Source: Raillietiella orientalis (taxonomy: Eukaryota). Taken from it: a DNA stretch of 64,000 nt. Where the stretch lies: NCBI GenBank assembly GCA_036172245.1, contig JAYWIR010000049.1:1116001-1180000 (forward strand), in the 5' to 3' direction. A model generated the notes under the pieces. The model saw only the letters and a list, made by a program, of their open reading frames with translations, had not been told where the DNA came from and ran no database searches. The position numbers were made by a program, and so were the translations under genes. How positions within the stretch are numbered: the first letter of the stretch is position 1; every line of letters starts with the position of its first letter. Of the stretch, positions 53,210-64,000 are shown piece after piece.

Positions 53210-56200
53210 CTAACAATCATAATACATACTGTATGCTTTTTCTGCTCCCTGATCAGTTACTTTTGGTCTGCCAGAACATGTATCTCCAGATAATCTTGGA
53301 TCAATTGAAAACCTAATCAAATACAGTAAAGTTACTCACTTAAAAGCATTGGAAAATAATGCATTCAAACCATGACAGTTCATGAAATAATTCAAGATTC
53401 AAGTTTCTTTCCATGCAAATTTGATTTGACCAATGCTCAAAGTACACAAGACTTTACTGAGATTGAATTTTTTTTTACTAATGCACATTGGGAATATGTG
53501 TGACTAATGAATAAACTCGAATTCAACTTGAATCAACTGAAGAATGCTGTAAATTTCAAATTCAGATAGACATTTTTTATTATCATACACAATACAATAC
53601 TCAATGTATAGAAAAAGCATTGAATACTGTTTGCTATTAATATAGCAATGACATTAAGCATTGATTTTGGTAGTACTAATTGGATATACAGTTAGAAAAC
53701 CAACATCATTTTGCCAAATAAGCTTGGAGCTTTTTATGTGCATCAGGTATGATAACTGCACACATACAGAAAAGAGGCAGCATGGGAATACAGAATAATT
53801 TCGTTCGCAATTATGAATCCGTTTAATAAATTATTTGGAATTGTTTTAAACAAATGTTATCTTGGTTGATTTGAATATTTTTCATTTGATTTTTAAAGGT
53901 AACAATCACCTATGTTGTTTCAACAATGCACAGGTTCCACCAGTAACAGCATCCATGCTATACATGTAAAGATAACCATTTGCAGTTGCAACTAGTATCA
54001 CATTCTGTTTTCCAATTCTGAAATTTTAAATTCGTTGTAACTTGACTGTTATTTCAATATGTAACTACTTTTGCTTACATAGTAATACCACACACGCTTT
54101 TTATGCCACTGAAGGGTAATTTTGCATATGCAAAACTTCTTCCTTGGAAAAGTACTTCAGTGACTTGAGAAGAAAAATAACTCGCTGAAAGAGAAACTGC
54201 TTTACTCAGGTAAGACATCCAACCATCTTCTGAACTTGCAGATTGAGAACTCAAACTAAAACATTAACTTTATGCACAAGTAATTTAAGCAATTTATGAT
54301 GTGTATTTAAGAGTTATGCAAAATCTGCGGAATTAATTTTGAATTTAAACTATTGCAAGAACAAGCATCTTACACCAAATTATCTTCTTCTAATTTAAAG
54401 ACATGAACTGTTTCAGTACTGCTGCTTGTACATAAATACTGATCATCTAATCCAAAAACTAAGGAATAAATGGTAACACAACGTGTTATTCCTCTGCGAA
54501 ATTCAAATGCTTTTGATCCATCTTGAACATTGAATACTCGAATCACAGTTCCTTTTTCAGATGCTGAAGCTATACGTGAACCAGATGAGGAAAAACTGAG
54601 AGCTACTAAGGAGCTATGATGTGCAGGAATCATAGTTTTTGCTAACTAGATAAAAAAATAAAACAAAAACATCATACAATGCATGAATTTTGAAATTTTT
54701 ACACTGCAAGTGACAACTTATCAAATTTAAAAATCAACTTATCAACTCATCAAATTTAAAAATTTTGAATGAAAAATACAACAAATATTTTCGAGACTAT
54801 ATACTTTGGAAACTTTATCATCTATTTTTGAAACTCATATATTTACTCTTTTTTTGGCTTGATTCCTAATTTATATTTTCTTGGTATTATCTTGAAAATA
54901 ATTCTATTAGGTTGATGGTCAACTCTATTAAGTCACCCTCAATTCAAACTGTAACAAGAATTATGGGATTTTTGCAAACATACGTTTAAAGGGAACATTA
55001 AATCCATTCCAATAGAATCATCAGTAAAGAAGCAATACATTTAGCATCTTTTCAAATTGACCTACAATTTAAACTTCATAGCAGATATTACAAATTGTAA
55101 AACTTTTTAACATTTTTTTTAAGTTTCTGTTTAAAGATTTTGGATATCTAAATAGATGCCAAATTACATTTCATGACTTAACTGAATTGCCTTTAATGCT
55201 CAATTCTACTCTAATCATACAATAAAATGTGAGATGTTTGCCTTGTTTTATTTACAGTGTATTTAAAATCAGTGGGCTACTTCACTGTTACATTACATTA
55301 CATTACTGTGGTATTCACATAAACAAAAGCCAGGGGAAACAAATGGCATGCAACTGCATCTTGAAACATACATGAAACTACCATCAAACTTGGACAATTA
55401 AACAGTACTTTTAGTATCTATGTAAATAAAATATTAATTATCAAAAAAAAAAATGAAAACATGATTTTGCAAAGGGTAGTTCCTTGCTGCACTAGCAAAT
55501 GATCCCATATATTAATGTAATCCAATGTGAGATGCAATATGTTTACAGTGATGATACCAATCATATTAAAGATAAGCGATCTACCAGAGAACCAACACGC
55601 TATAGTCCAAAATAAACTTAATTTTCGGATGCAATTTTTGCAGAAATACAGCAACTTCCTGATGAAGAAAAATCATTAACATCAAAACCATAAATCCTTG
55701 GGTTACAGATATTCATAGTGTTTCTTGTGTTTCATTTTGTCAGAACTCGAAAATCAAACAAACATGGTCTCTAAACAACTATTTGTTCAGGGTCAACAGA
55801 TTTACAATGCATGTACTGCACATGCTGATTAAACACGTACATAATAACCAAATAACATGTGTCCACGTATATATGTCACTGTAAAAAAGTGTGTATTTGA
55901 AGTGCATTTTCAACTTTTCTTTCTATGAACCGTATTTTGCATACATACAATAATTATATATGCAATTGTCACAAAAGAACTTACTTGCAAAGATAAACCA
56001 AATGATACACAGACAAAATATACTTGTGAGGAAGACAACATAAAAACATCAAAAAAGATCATGACAAAAGCACAAGTATCAGTGCATGCTCAACAGAGTT
56101 GGCCGTAATTTCAAAATTTGTAGAAAAAAGTGAAAACCTTGTCTAACAATCAGAAAACAAAAAACAAAAATACAGCCTATTTGACATTCTAAAAATGTGA

Positions 56201-58425
56201 AAAATGCCCCTATAAAATAAAAATTAAACACAGATCCAAAAAACAAATTTTATTACACAGTTTTCTCATAGATACTATGTTTTACAAAACAATACGAAAT
56301 ATCAATGAGAATTTCTATAGTAATGTTATTTTAGGCTGATATATTCAATTATAATATAGTTATTTATAATACCACTTACTAGATTTGTTGCATCAAAAAT
56401 CTGAATTTCTCCTATCTGACTTGATCCAGGATAAGCCAGAAAAGAACAATCTGCATTATTTGAAAGAGCACAAAGTCCCAATACATTTGAAGGTGTGCCT
56501 TTAATTGTATGCAAAACTTTCATATTATGAATATCATGGATGTAGAGTGCTTCTTCCAAGCAAACAATGAGTCTCTACAAGAGGATAAAAATATGGATTA
56601 TGAAAAATTTAAAGAAAAAAAATGAAGTAAAATAAAGTAAATTTTAATGTTTTAGTGAACAGATACTCTTGTGCATTTGTTATTTTCGAGTACAAATTTG
56701 CTGCATGGACTTTTGAGATACTAAATAAATCTAATAGAGAAAATAACAGAGATCAGAAAACGCTCTAATACTGAGATTACATTTCTTCTTAACATAATTT
56801 TAAATGTTGAATCATCAAAATGATTATACATTTAAAACTTAATATACACAATTATTGTAGTCTTCTAATGCTTCTTCACAAAAATTTTACATTACAAAAT
56901 GACTCATTTACTTCGATATAAATTTCAAACATATTCTCAAATGAGTCCTTCTTTGAATTACCCAAGTTCTTCTTTAATGCATATTGAGGGAATTATCGTT
57001 TATGTTTCTACACAACCATCTGAAAACAATGTACACACAAATGCAAAGTTTATTCCATAAAAAAGTATAGATTAGAAAATATATCATGAATTTTTCATAT
57101 AAAGATAAATAATAACTTACACTTCTATTGAGTTTTACGGAAAGTATGGTATTTGAATAACTATAATTGCAGATTTCTGTTCCTTTTTTAAAATGACAAA
57201 TTTTTAGTATTCGAGGGGATGACAATGCAACTACTGCTACAAGACTGCTTGAAAACAATCTTTCAACAATCAATACTTCTTCTCTTTCTAACAAGGAATA
57301 ACATTCATATTAGTTAGCTAGAACTTCTTATAATTTACTTTTATTTTTTTTAATAAAATTCCAAGCACAATCTGTTATTATATACATTTATAAACTAAGA
57401 AGATCAATCTAACATCAAGGAAAGCTTGCATCAATTGTTTCATTGTTTTTAAAATGTTCAAATTTTATTGTAAGGACAAAATAAATGTCATAAAGTTTTG
57501 CATAAAAAATTTATCTGAACAAAACTGTTCCAGTTTGGGCACAGTTACACAAGAATAATTCTGTATAATGAATCACAAAGCCTTTTTAATGCTATTCTCT
57601 AAATGCATGTTAATTCAACATGCTTCCAAATATCTCAAAGGGAATGAAAACACATTATGACAAATTAATACACAAAGGTGTTCTTGAAAATACTAATGAT
57701 GTTTCTACTGCAATCACATAACATAACCAAGAAAAGCATTTTCCATATTTGAAAAAGTTGAAAATGATTCACTAATAAAAAATTAAAAGGATATTTTCTT
57801 AATGATTTAGTCGCTTTAAATGGAAATTTCCAAAGTGCATGATCAATAACTACTATTTACCACTTTCATATACTTTTTCCAGTTTATCAAGTGAATTTAG
57901 AGCAAAAATTTGAAATCCATTCTTCATTCCCATAACTAGGGAGCTAAAATGAAAAAAAAAAAAAAAAAGGTTAGGATCCGCTTACTAATACTACTGCTAG
58001 GTTTTTAGTTCAGTTTTTCTCACCATGAATATGCATCAGAAAAATGCAAAAACAAAAAATTCAATATATAACATGGTTAATGCGTAGTGACATAAAATAA
58101 ATAATAAGCATTACATTACATGACATTAAAAGCTTACAACCTTTATTTTTTAAATTACATGCTTATGAAGACAATCTGATATGAAAAATAATTCAAAGTA
58201 CTGGGTAATAAGGATACTCAAATCACTAAATAATGGAATTTCTGTGAGTGATTAGAGTTATAAGCGGGATATACAAATGCAAAGCACTTCCACCAATGCT
58301 CAGGATATATATATTTAAGCCAAATACATATGTTTGGGCTACATCTGGGTTGCTTACGTGAAATCCTGATTGAGATTAACAAGGTAACTTTCTTTCGATG
58401 CATCCAAATCGTTAGGCGAAGACAT
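53210..58425 (-). CDS. WIPI2: WD repeat phosphoinositide-interacting protein 2 / Atg18a (PROPPIN), 8 exons, ~390 aa
   Basis: Exons 58425-58358, 57943-57861, 57287-57121, 56574-56380, 54645-54374, 54255-54079, 54017-53910, 53312-53210. Motifs: [65 protein letters not shown] lipid-binding motif, [10 protein letters not shown]. The last exon and stop are tentative. Confidence 0.95.
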
Positions 58426-61400
58426 GTTTCAGCAAATCACATTATATTTTAACTAACTTCAAGATCACAGATATTAAAAGCACACTAAGCTCGTGCATTC
58501 TTACGAAATTACTCTTAAGTATCAAAGGAAAGCGTTTCGTAGTAATTGCTTGCGTAGCATATTGAAAAGTTGCACTGCCACTGCACTTTTCAACTGCTCT
58601 ACAGAACTGAAGCAAAAGTGCCACCATACACATTCCAAATAACAATATAATAAGGGAAAAGAAAATGTATGCAATAGTACCTTAAACATCTACATGAAGA
58701 CGGCAAGAAAAAGAGATCGAAAATGATGCAATTTATCAGAATATAAACAGTACCTTTACAAAGATCAGGTAAGAAATTATCGTTGTTACGCAAACAAAAT
58801 ATATATAGCTATTGAATTCTGCAGTTTAGAGAATCAGATTTTTAGATAGCTTATTTCCGCCTCGCATAGTGAACACATATGGGAACTCTCGTATGTTATA
58901 CAAGATTATGATATATACTGACATATAAGATCATCTTTATGATATGCAAGATTAAAAATAATGTTGACATGATACCAAAAATGTGCATTATATTGTAAAC
59001 AGTTATTCATATTATTCGATAGCAAGAAAGAAAATACGAAATCGAACCCCAACAAGCAAAATTTTATAATAGCAAAGAGATCACTGAAATAAAATATAGA
59101 TTCGTGCAAGCATTCAACTAACTCGAAAATTTCACTACATATTTGAAATTCACTGCATATTTGAAATGTTTGATCATTCAAAACTCATTAAACTAAAATG
59201 TGAAAGCTCAAATACCTAACAAACTGAATGATTATCTCTAGTCGTCGTTTAGAATCTCCACTTTATTAAGTTTTTAATATCTATGAAGACTTTGATTTGA
59301 ACAGTAATTTGTACCAGTTGTCATTTTTTGAGCACATATATGCTATTAGCAACAATTATTAGTCGGCTATAGAATTTGAAACACCTCCCTATTCCTCTTT
59401 CATTCTTTTCATTGGATTGAATTAGCTAATATCGTACTGAATGTGAATTTATATAAAGACAGATAATCGTATTTGAACCCATCGTAAATGCGTATTGCGT
59501 GTACACAAGGCACAATAAAAAAAATGTTCTTTTCTTGGTTACCAGATACTCAGGAGTTCATTCATTAGTTGAAAGAGAAGTTCAGTAAATAAACGCATCA
59601 AACTCATCAGTTTTCTTTTCGAAATCCGAAATTATAGTAGAATTTACTTGTTTCTTAACGCTGTTATATTTATTTATTTATTTTTACCATTGTGATAATT
59701 GCAGGACGTCTTCAATCATTTATTTTTAAAGACATTCTATGCCTATCTACTTGAGAAATTTGGTTTAACACAAACTGCAAAAGATAAGCACTGAGAACTT
59801 TACTTTATTAGGTTTCTATTCTTAAAGTATCGGTGCTTTGTAGAAACTGCACCAAACATTTACTCAAGATCGCTTTTTATGGTCTCTTAATGTAGCAGTG
59901 GCACAAAAAAAAATGAAGCAATTAATTCTTCTGACGAGTTTGTCTATTAAGCATCCAGGAATCACTTATTACACCTTTCTATCTCCACAAGTAGATCCAA
60001 TCCCAGCTATCGTTTTAATGATGTTCATTCAAATGGATTAATCACTTGGGTTACGACTGATGAGAGGGAAATCACAAAGACCCTGTAGATTCACTGATGG
60101 ATTTGAAGATAGGAAAAGTGGCAAATTTATGAGTTATTTCAAGTTATTATGTTTTCATTCTATGCAAACGAAATGAAATGCTACTAAACTGTGGACACCT
60201 CACAACAAACTAAATAAAAGCGGAATATAGTAACATCAAAAATATTCCTGAATCTAAATAAGATTATTACTGTAAGGTTGGCATTGACATTCACATGCAA
60301 GCAAACCCTCTTGGAAACTTCTAGAGCCCCTATTTCGTCGCAGAAGTGCAGTAGATCTGTGCTGTAAATTAGTCCTTAACTTGGATGCTTGCCGTCTTCC
60401 TTTTGGAGATGGTAATCAGTTCAGGTGGTCGCTTAAGAGGCCATCCCCATCACGAGTGATAGGGTTTGGCGCATTGTAGTGATGCACTTCGCATCATAGT
60501 ATATGTTTGAAGAATATGATTGCAAAGTAGGAATTGGCATCTAAACATTAAAAGAAAAGCGAAAGTCCACATAAATGAGCAGTATGTCTTCGGACTGAAT
60601 AGTCTATAAATACAACATATAACTAGAGCACCACCGCCACCAAGGGTTTTGGAACATGCCTATATCACGTAATTGTAATATCAAAGCAAAAATATCAATG
60701 TGAAATCGGAAAAATTCTGTCTTATGACTTCATAATATAAACAAAAAGAGGAATGTTGGTAAAGGCCAAGTTATGTCAAGAGGAATCTCTAATTTTCATA
60801 AAGGTGCAGTAAGAATGAACTTTTTTTCGTATGTTAATTTTCATTTTTTTTATTCCCTTTACATTTCTCCCTGAGAGAATCCTGCTGGGCACACTTCTCG
60901 TTATCATAAGGATGTCGGAAGTATGTAATGGGAGTAAGAATGCACTATGTATGAATGAGTTTTTGTTTTTATTTGTATAACTATTTCAGTGTAAATAGTT
61001 TTCACAACAAACTCACCAGCGTCACCGGGCTGAAAAAGAAATTGGGGTTAATGATGTGTTAATGATGCTGTAGCATATACTACGGTTCAAAGCTTGAACA
61101 ATTCCATTCAGTATTAGAGTGAGTTGAGAAGATGAATATGTGATTGCAAACGAAACAATAGCCATGGATTCTGTACAGTCAAGGAATTATTACTCAACTA
61201 CGGCGGAAAAGACGTTTCACGTCTTCACTAAAGAAAGAACTGTTCCCCAGAGAAAAAAAAAATAAAGAAGAAAGTCCGTTTTTAATCGTAAGGAATGCAG
61301 TGAGAGTTCCAATTTAAGCCAAGCTTTTTCACTCTTCGGATAACACCTTTACGTTATGAGTAATTAGGAAGCTTTTTTTGTCCACTGTTCATCGATCGAT

Positions 61401-62039
61401 TCCCATTCCTGGGATAAATTTCGCTACTTTTGGAGATTGGTTCTCTTAATGTTTTACGACTAAAGCAAGGATAAATCTTATCTTCAAAATTTTCTCTGTA
61501 TCAAACAACGGACACTTAGTTTGCCAGCTGATTTTATATGCTGTTATCACATTTGTTTTTTTTCCTCCATACATGTCTTCTTGGAGCAGACAATGGATCG
61601 AGGAGTGGTAATTTTAGTTGGAGATTGCTTCGTTCAAACTACAAAGTAACGAGGAAGAAACTCGATCTTGGGATTTCACGGAGACCCAGAAAACTTCTTG
61701 TAGAGCCAAGACTTGAACTCTTCAAGATTTTGTCCTCTCTTAACGCCGCCATTCTAATATTGGCTTACTAGAAATTCCTTGGAGAATAGTGTGGCATTTG
61801 TGGCATAGTGTGGAAAACCGCATTTTCTCATTCTTATGTTTTGTGATGCTAAGAACATCGAAACAAGCACTTTAAATATATTTTCTAATTATTACATATT
61901 CTAATTATTATAATGTGTACTACGTGGCTTAGGCTATGGGTCGAGCATGCATTCGTGGACTGACTTAAGATTCTAATTCCAACTCATAATGCATGCAGCA
62001 GTGAGTCCTCAACTAATTTCTAAGTATGGGAATCTGTTC

Positions 62040-62385
62040 ATGCATTGGGGACCAGCTGTGAATTCAGCTGCTCCCTCACACCATGGTAATTGCAGTCTTC
62101 AGCTACAATGGGGGACTTTGTGAAGTCGACCAACCGTTGGTCTTGAGATACTTCAAGGCAACGCGTTCTCCCTTGAGCATACCTCATCGAATAGTTTCGG
62201 AAAACTTCTTCGAGCTGTAGGATAACTTTCGGAGAACCAGAAAGCACCAGAGACTTGTCCCCTTTGGTGTGCTTTGGATCCTTGCTGAAGGTCTTTCCCT
62301 CATTTGGAGCACTTCCAAATTGAGCCTGTTTGTACCGCTCTTAGCTACTCCAGAAAGTTTAGCTATCTCTTTTTGGGTAGATTTG
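62040..62385 (-). mobile_element. Decayed Tc1-like transposase N-terminus (helix-turn-helix region)
   Basis: STQKEIAKLSGVAKS resembles the Tc1 HTH (SQREIAKxLGVSKS), followed by frameshifted remnants resembling GRPxxT..xDR and KKP. Confidence 0.4.
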
Positions 62386-62389
62386 TACG

Positions 62390-63175
62390 GGGACTCAGGA
62401 TCGACTGGGAACCGTGATCAAAAGCTGTTCGCATGGAACCCTTCTCCACATCAGACCTCCAGGATCTCACTGGAGTTTTTGCTACTAGCACCAAGATCTG
62501 CGCCGACGGAGACTCCAGGCAAACTCATACTTAAATTCTTTTGCGCGCCCGCCGCGACCCTCCTCGGAACCCGAGGCGCCGTCCGGAAGGCAGGAACGAT
62601 TCTGTCCCGGCTCGACGCTTAAGAACCCCACCCATCTCCAGGACCGGTTGCTTCGACAGGTGAGTCGTTACACACTCCTTAGCGGATTCCGACTTCTATG
62701 GTTACCGTCCTGCTATCCATAGCAGCCAACACCTTTCATGGGATCTGATGAGCGTCGCATCAGGCACCGTAACCCAAGGTTTGGTTCATTCCACAGCGCC
62801 AGTTATGCTTACCCAAATAGACCCACTGGGTCCCCTTGGATCCGATAGTCCGAGCTTCAGCTTTCAAGCAAGCCAGACTTCTCACCCATTTCAAGTTCGA
62901 GAATAGGTTAATGTCGTTTCGGCCCGAAGACCTCGGATCATTCTCTTTACCGGATGAGACTCCGTTCTTTTTCCGCTACAGCAAGCTCCAGCTTTCCCGA
63001 GGGAAACCTTGGAGGGAACCAGCAGCTACCATATGGTTCGATTCGTCTTTCGGACCCCACGCCCGGTCTCCAACGACCAATTTGCACGTCAGGGGGCGCT
63101 GCGGGTCTCCACCAGACCACAAGCGGTGCCCCATTAGCTTCGTGCTGGCCAGGCATAGTTCACCATCTTGGTTGT
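62390..63175 (-). pseudogene. Dispersed, degenerate 28S (LSU) rRNA fragment
   Basis: The plus strand matches the reverse complement of conserved LSU core blocks (catggaacccttctccac, accaagatctg, ttacacactccttagcggattccgactt, gagaatagg, ggagggaaccagc, tttgcacgtcag, caggcatagttcaccatctt). Many substitutions and indels fall in normally invariant positions, and there is no flanking rDNA. Confidence 0.92.
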
Positions 63176-63199
63176 CATGCCGGCCTTGCTGTTCGTTTC

Positions 63200-64000
63200 T
63201 TCTATGAATCAGTAAACTGCAGTATGACTCAATACAGCTTTAGTTTTGGGGATCTTTCAATAACTGTGGATAAGTCTTACATGACCTTTGTCGCTGGGAA
63301 TATGCAACTTTCGCCTATGCAGCGCTTTTTCGGTTTTAAGCTCCGGTGGGTAGAGTGAACCTGCTCACAAAAATGGACCGCTTTTAAGAAGATCTGTTTG
63401 ACCGCACGCACATACTTCCGGAAGGAGCACTCTCTCCTCTTTGCCCACCTGCTGCCTCCAGACCACTCTTTCGCTAAAGTTGAAAAGTTGCATGATTTTC
63501 AGCAAGCTATCGGCTCTATGGCCGCCACTGAGAAGTGCGTATCCATGTCTTCTTACAACGAAAAATTGGAACGAGAAATGCTATATGCAATGTAGAATGA
63601 GATCTTTGCACGTTAAATGAGATCATGGATCTCATTTAGGAGGACATAGCAGAAGAGGTTGTTCTCATTGTCCAAAGAAGTAATGCATGATAATTTGCTT
63701 CGCTACAACAATCTCGGCTTCTCAACGACAACATCCATTGGCAGAACCTTCAATTTTTCCCATTTCTTCGAGCAAGTGTCTCTATATAGCTTTCCATACT
63801 CCTCGTATAGAAACCTCAACTTTGCAGAAAGCGCACTTTCTCCTGACATCACTTTCTTGGAAAGTTTGGACTACCGCAACTGTCACGAACAAGGAAGCAA
63901 ATGTTGACAGGAGTGGGGGATGTGTCAAGGCAGTGGAATGGACAAGAAGTGAAAGTCTCTCTTCTGCAACCAAAACAATCTTCTTAGACGATCACCTACT
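63200..64000 (+). pseudogene. Unidentified decayed ORF (single frame, scattered stops) abutting the 28S fragment
   Basis: ORF-track segments ending 63358, 63398-63595 and 63659-63907 are all in the same frame, with protein-like composition and no splice structure. Confidence 0.4.

Noticed and set aside
22826..59166. Homopolymer runs and short tandem duplications (22826-22848, ~22990-23042, ~54716-54762, ~55288-55306, ~59131-59167)
   Set aside because: Ordinary slippage products with no repeat-spacer periodicity, so not CRISPR-like.
62390..63175. Functional rDNA unit
   Set aside because: Truncated at both ends, mutated in conserved cores, with no 18S, 5.8S or ITS nearby.
1..64000. Prokaryotic systems (CRISPR, defence islands, bacterial operons) and tRNA genes
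   Set aside because: The genes carry spliceosomal introns and are eukaryotic; no direct-repeat array or tRNA cloverleaf was seen.

Overview
Eukaryotic (invertebrate, most likely arthropod-like) genomic DNA, not prokaryotic. Six intact spliced housekeeping genes were rebuilt by hand with consistent splice phases: Elp2 (-, 12824-25922), an Ack-like/PR2 tyrosine kinase (-, 26057-31154), Rab11-FIP/Rip11 (+, 40825-43421), NOP16 (-, 45641-47646), RPF1 (+, 50713-51980) and WIPI2/Atg18 (-, 53210-58425). The left ~24 kb is GC- and CpG-richer and full of heavily decayed transposon relics (DIRS-like, R2/NeSL-like, Tc1/mariner, Tigger-like). The right end holds a degenerate 28S rRNA fragment between two decayed ORFs. 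Four observations stand out. (1) Only 134 nt separate the Ack-like stop from the Elp2 ATG, and they contain AATAAA followed by TTTCAG acceptors, an operon/trans-splicing-like layout. (2) 25 of 46 reconstructed introns are only 37-52 nt. (3) Elp2 has a textbook U12-type GT-AG intron. (4) Elp2 straddles a sharp boundary in intron size, CpG content and TE load. Gene identities rest on recalled family motifs, not database searches, and the TE calls are low-confidence motif readings.
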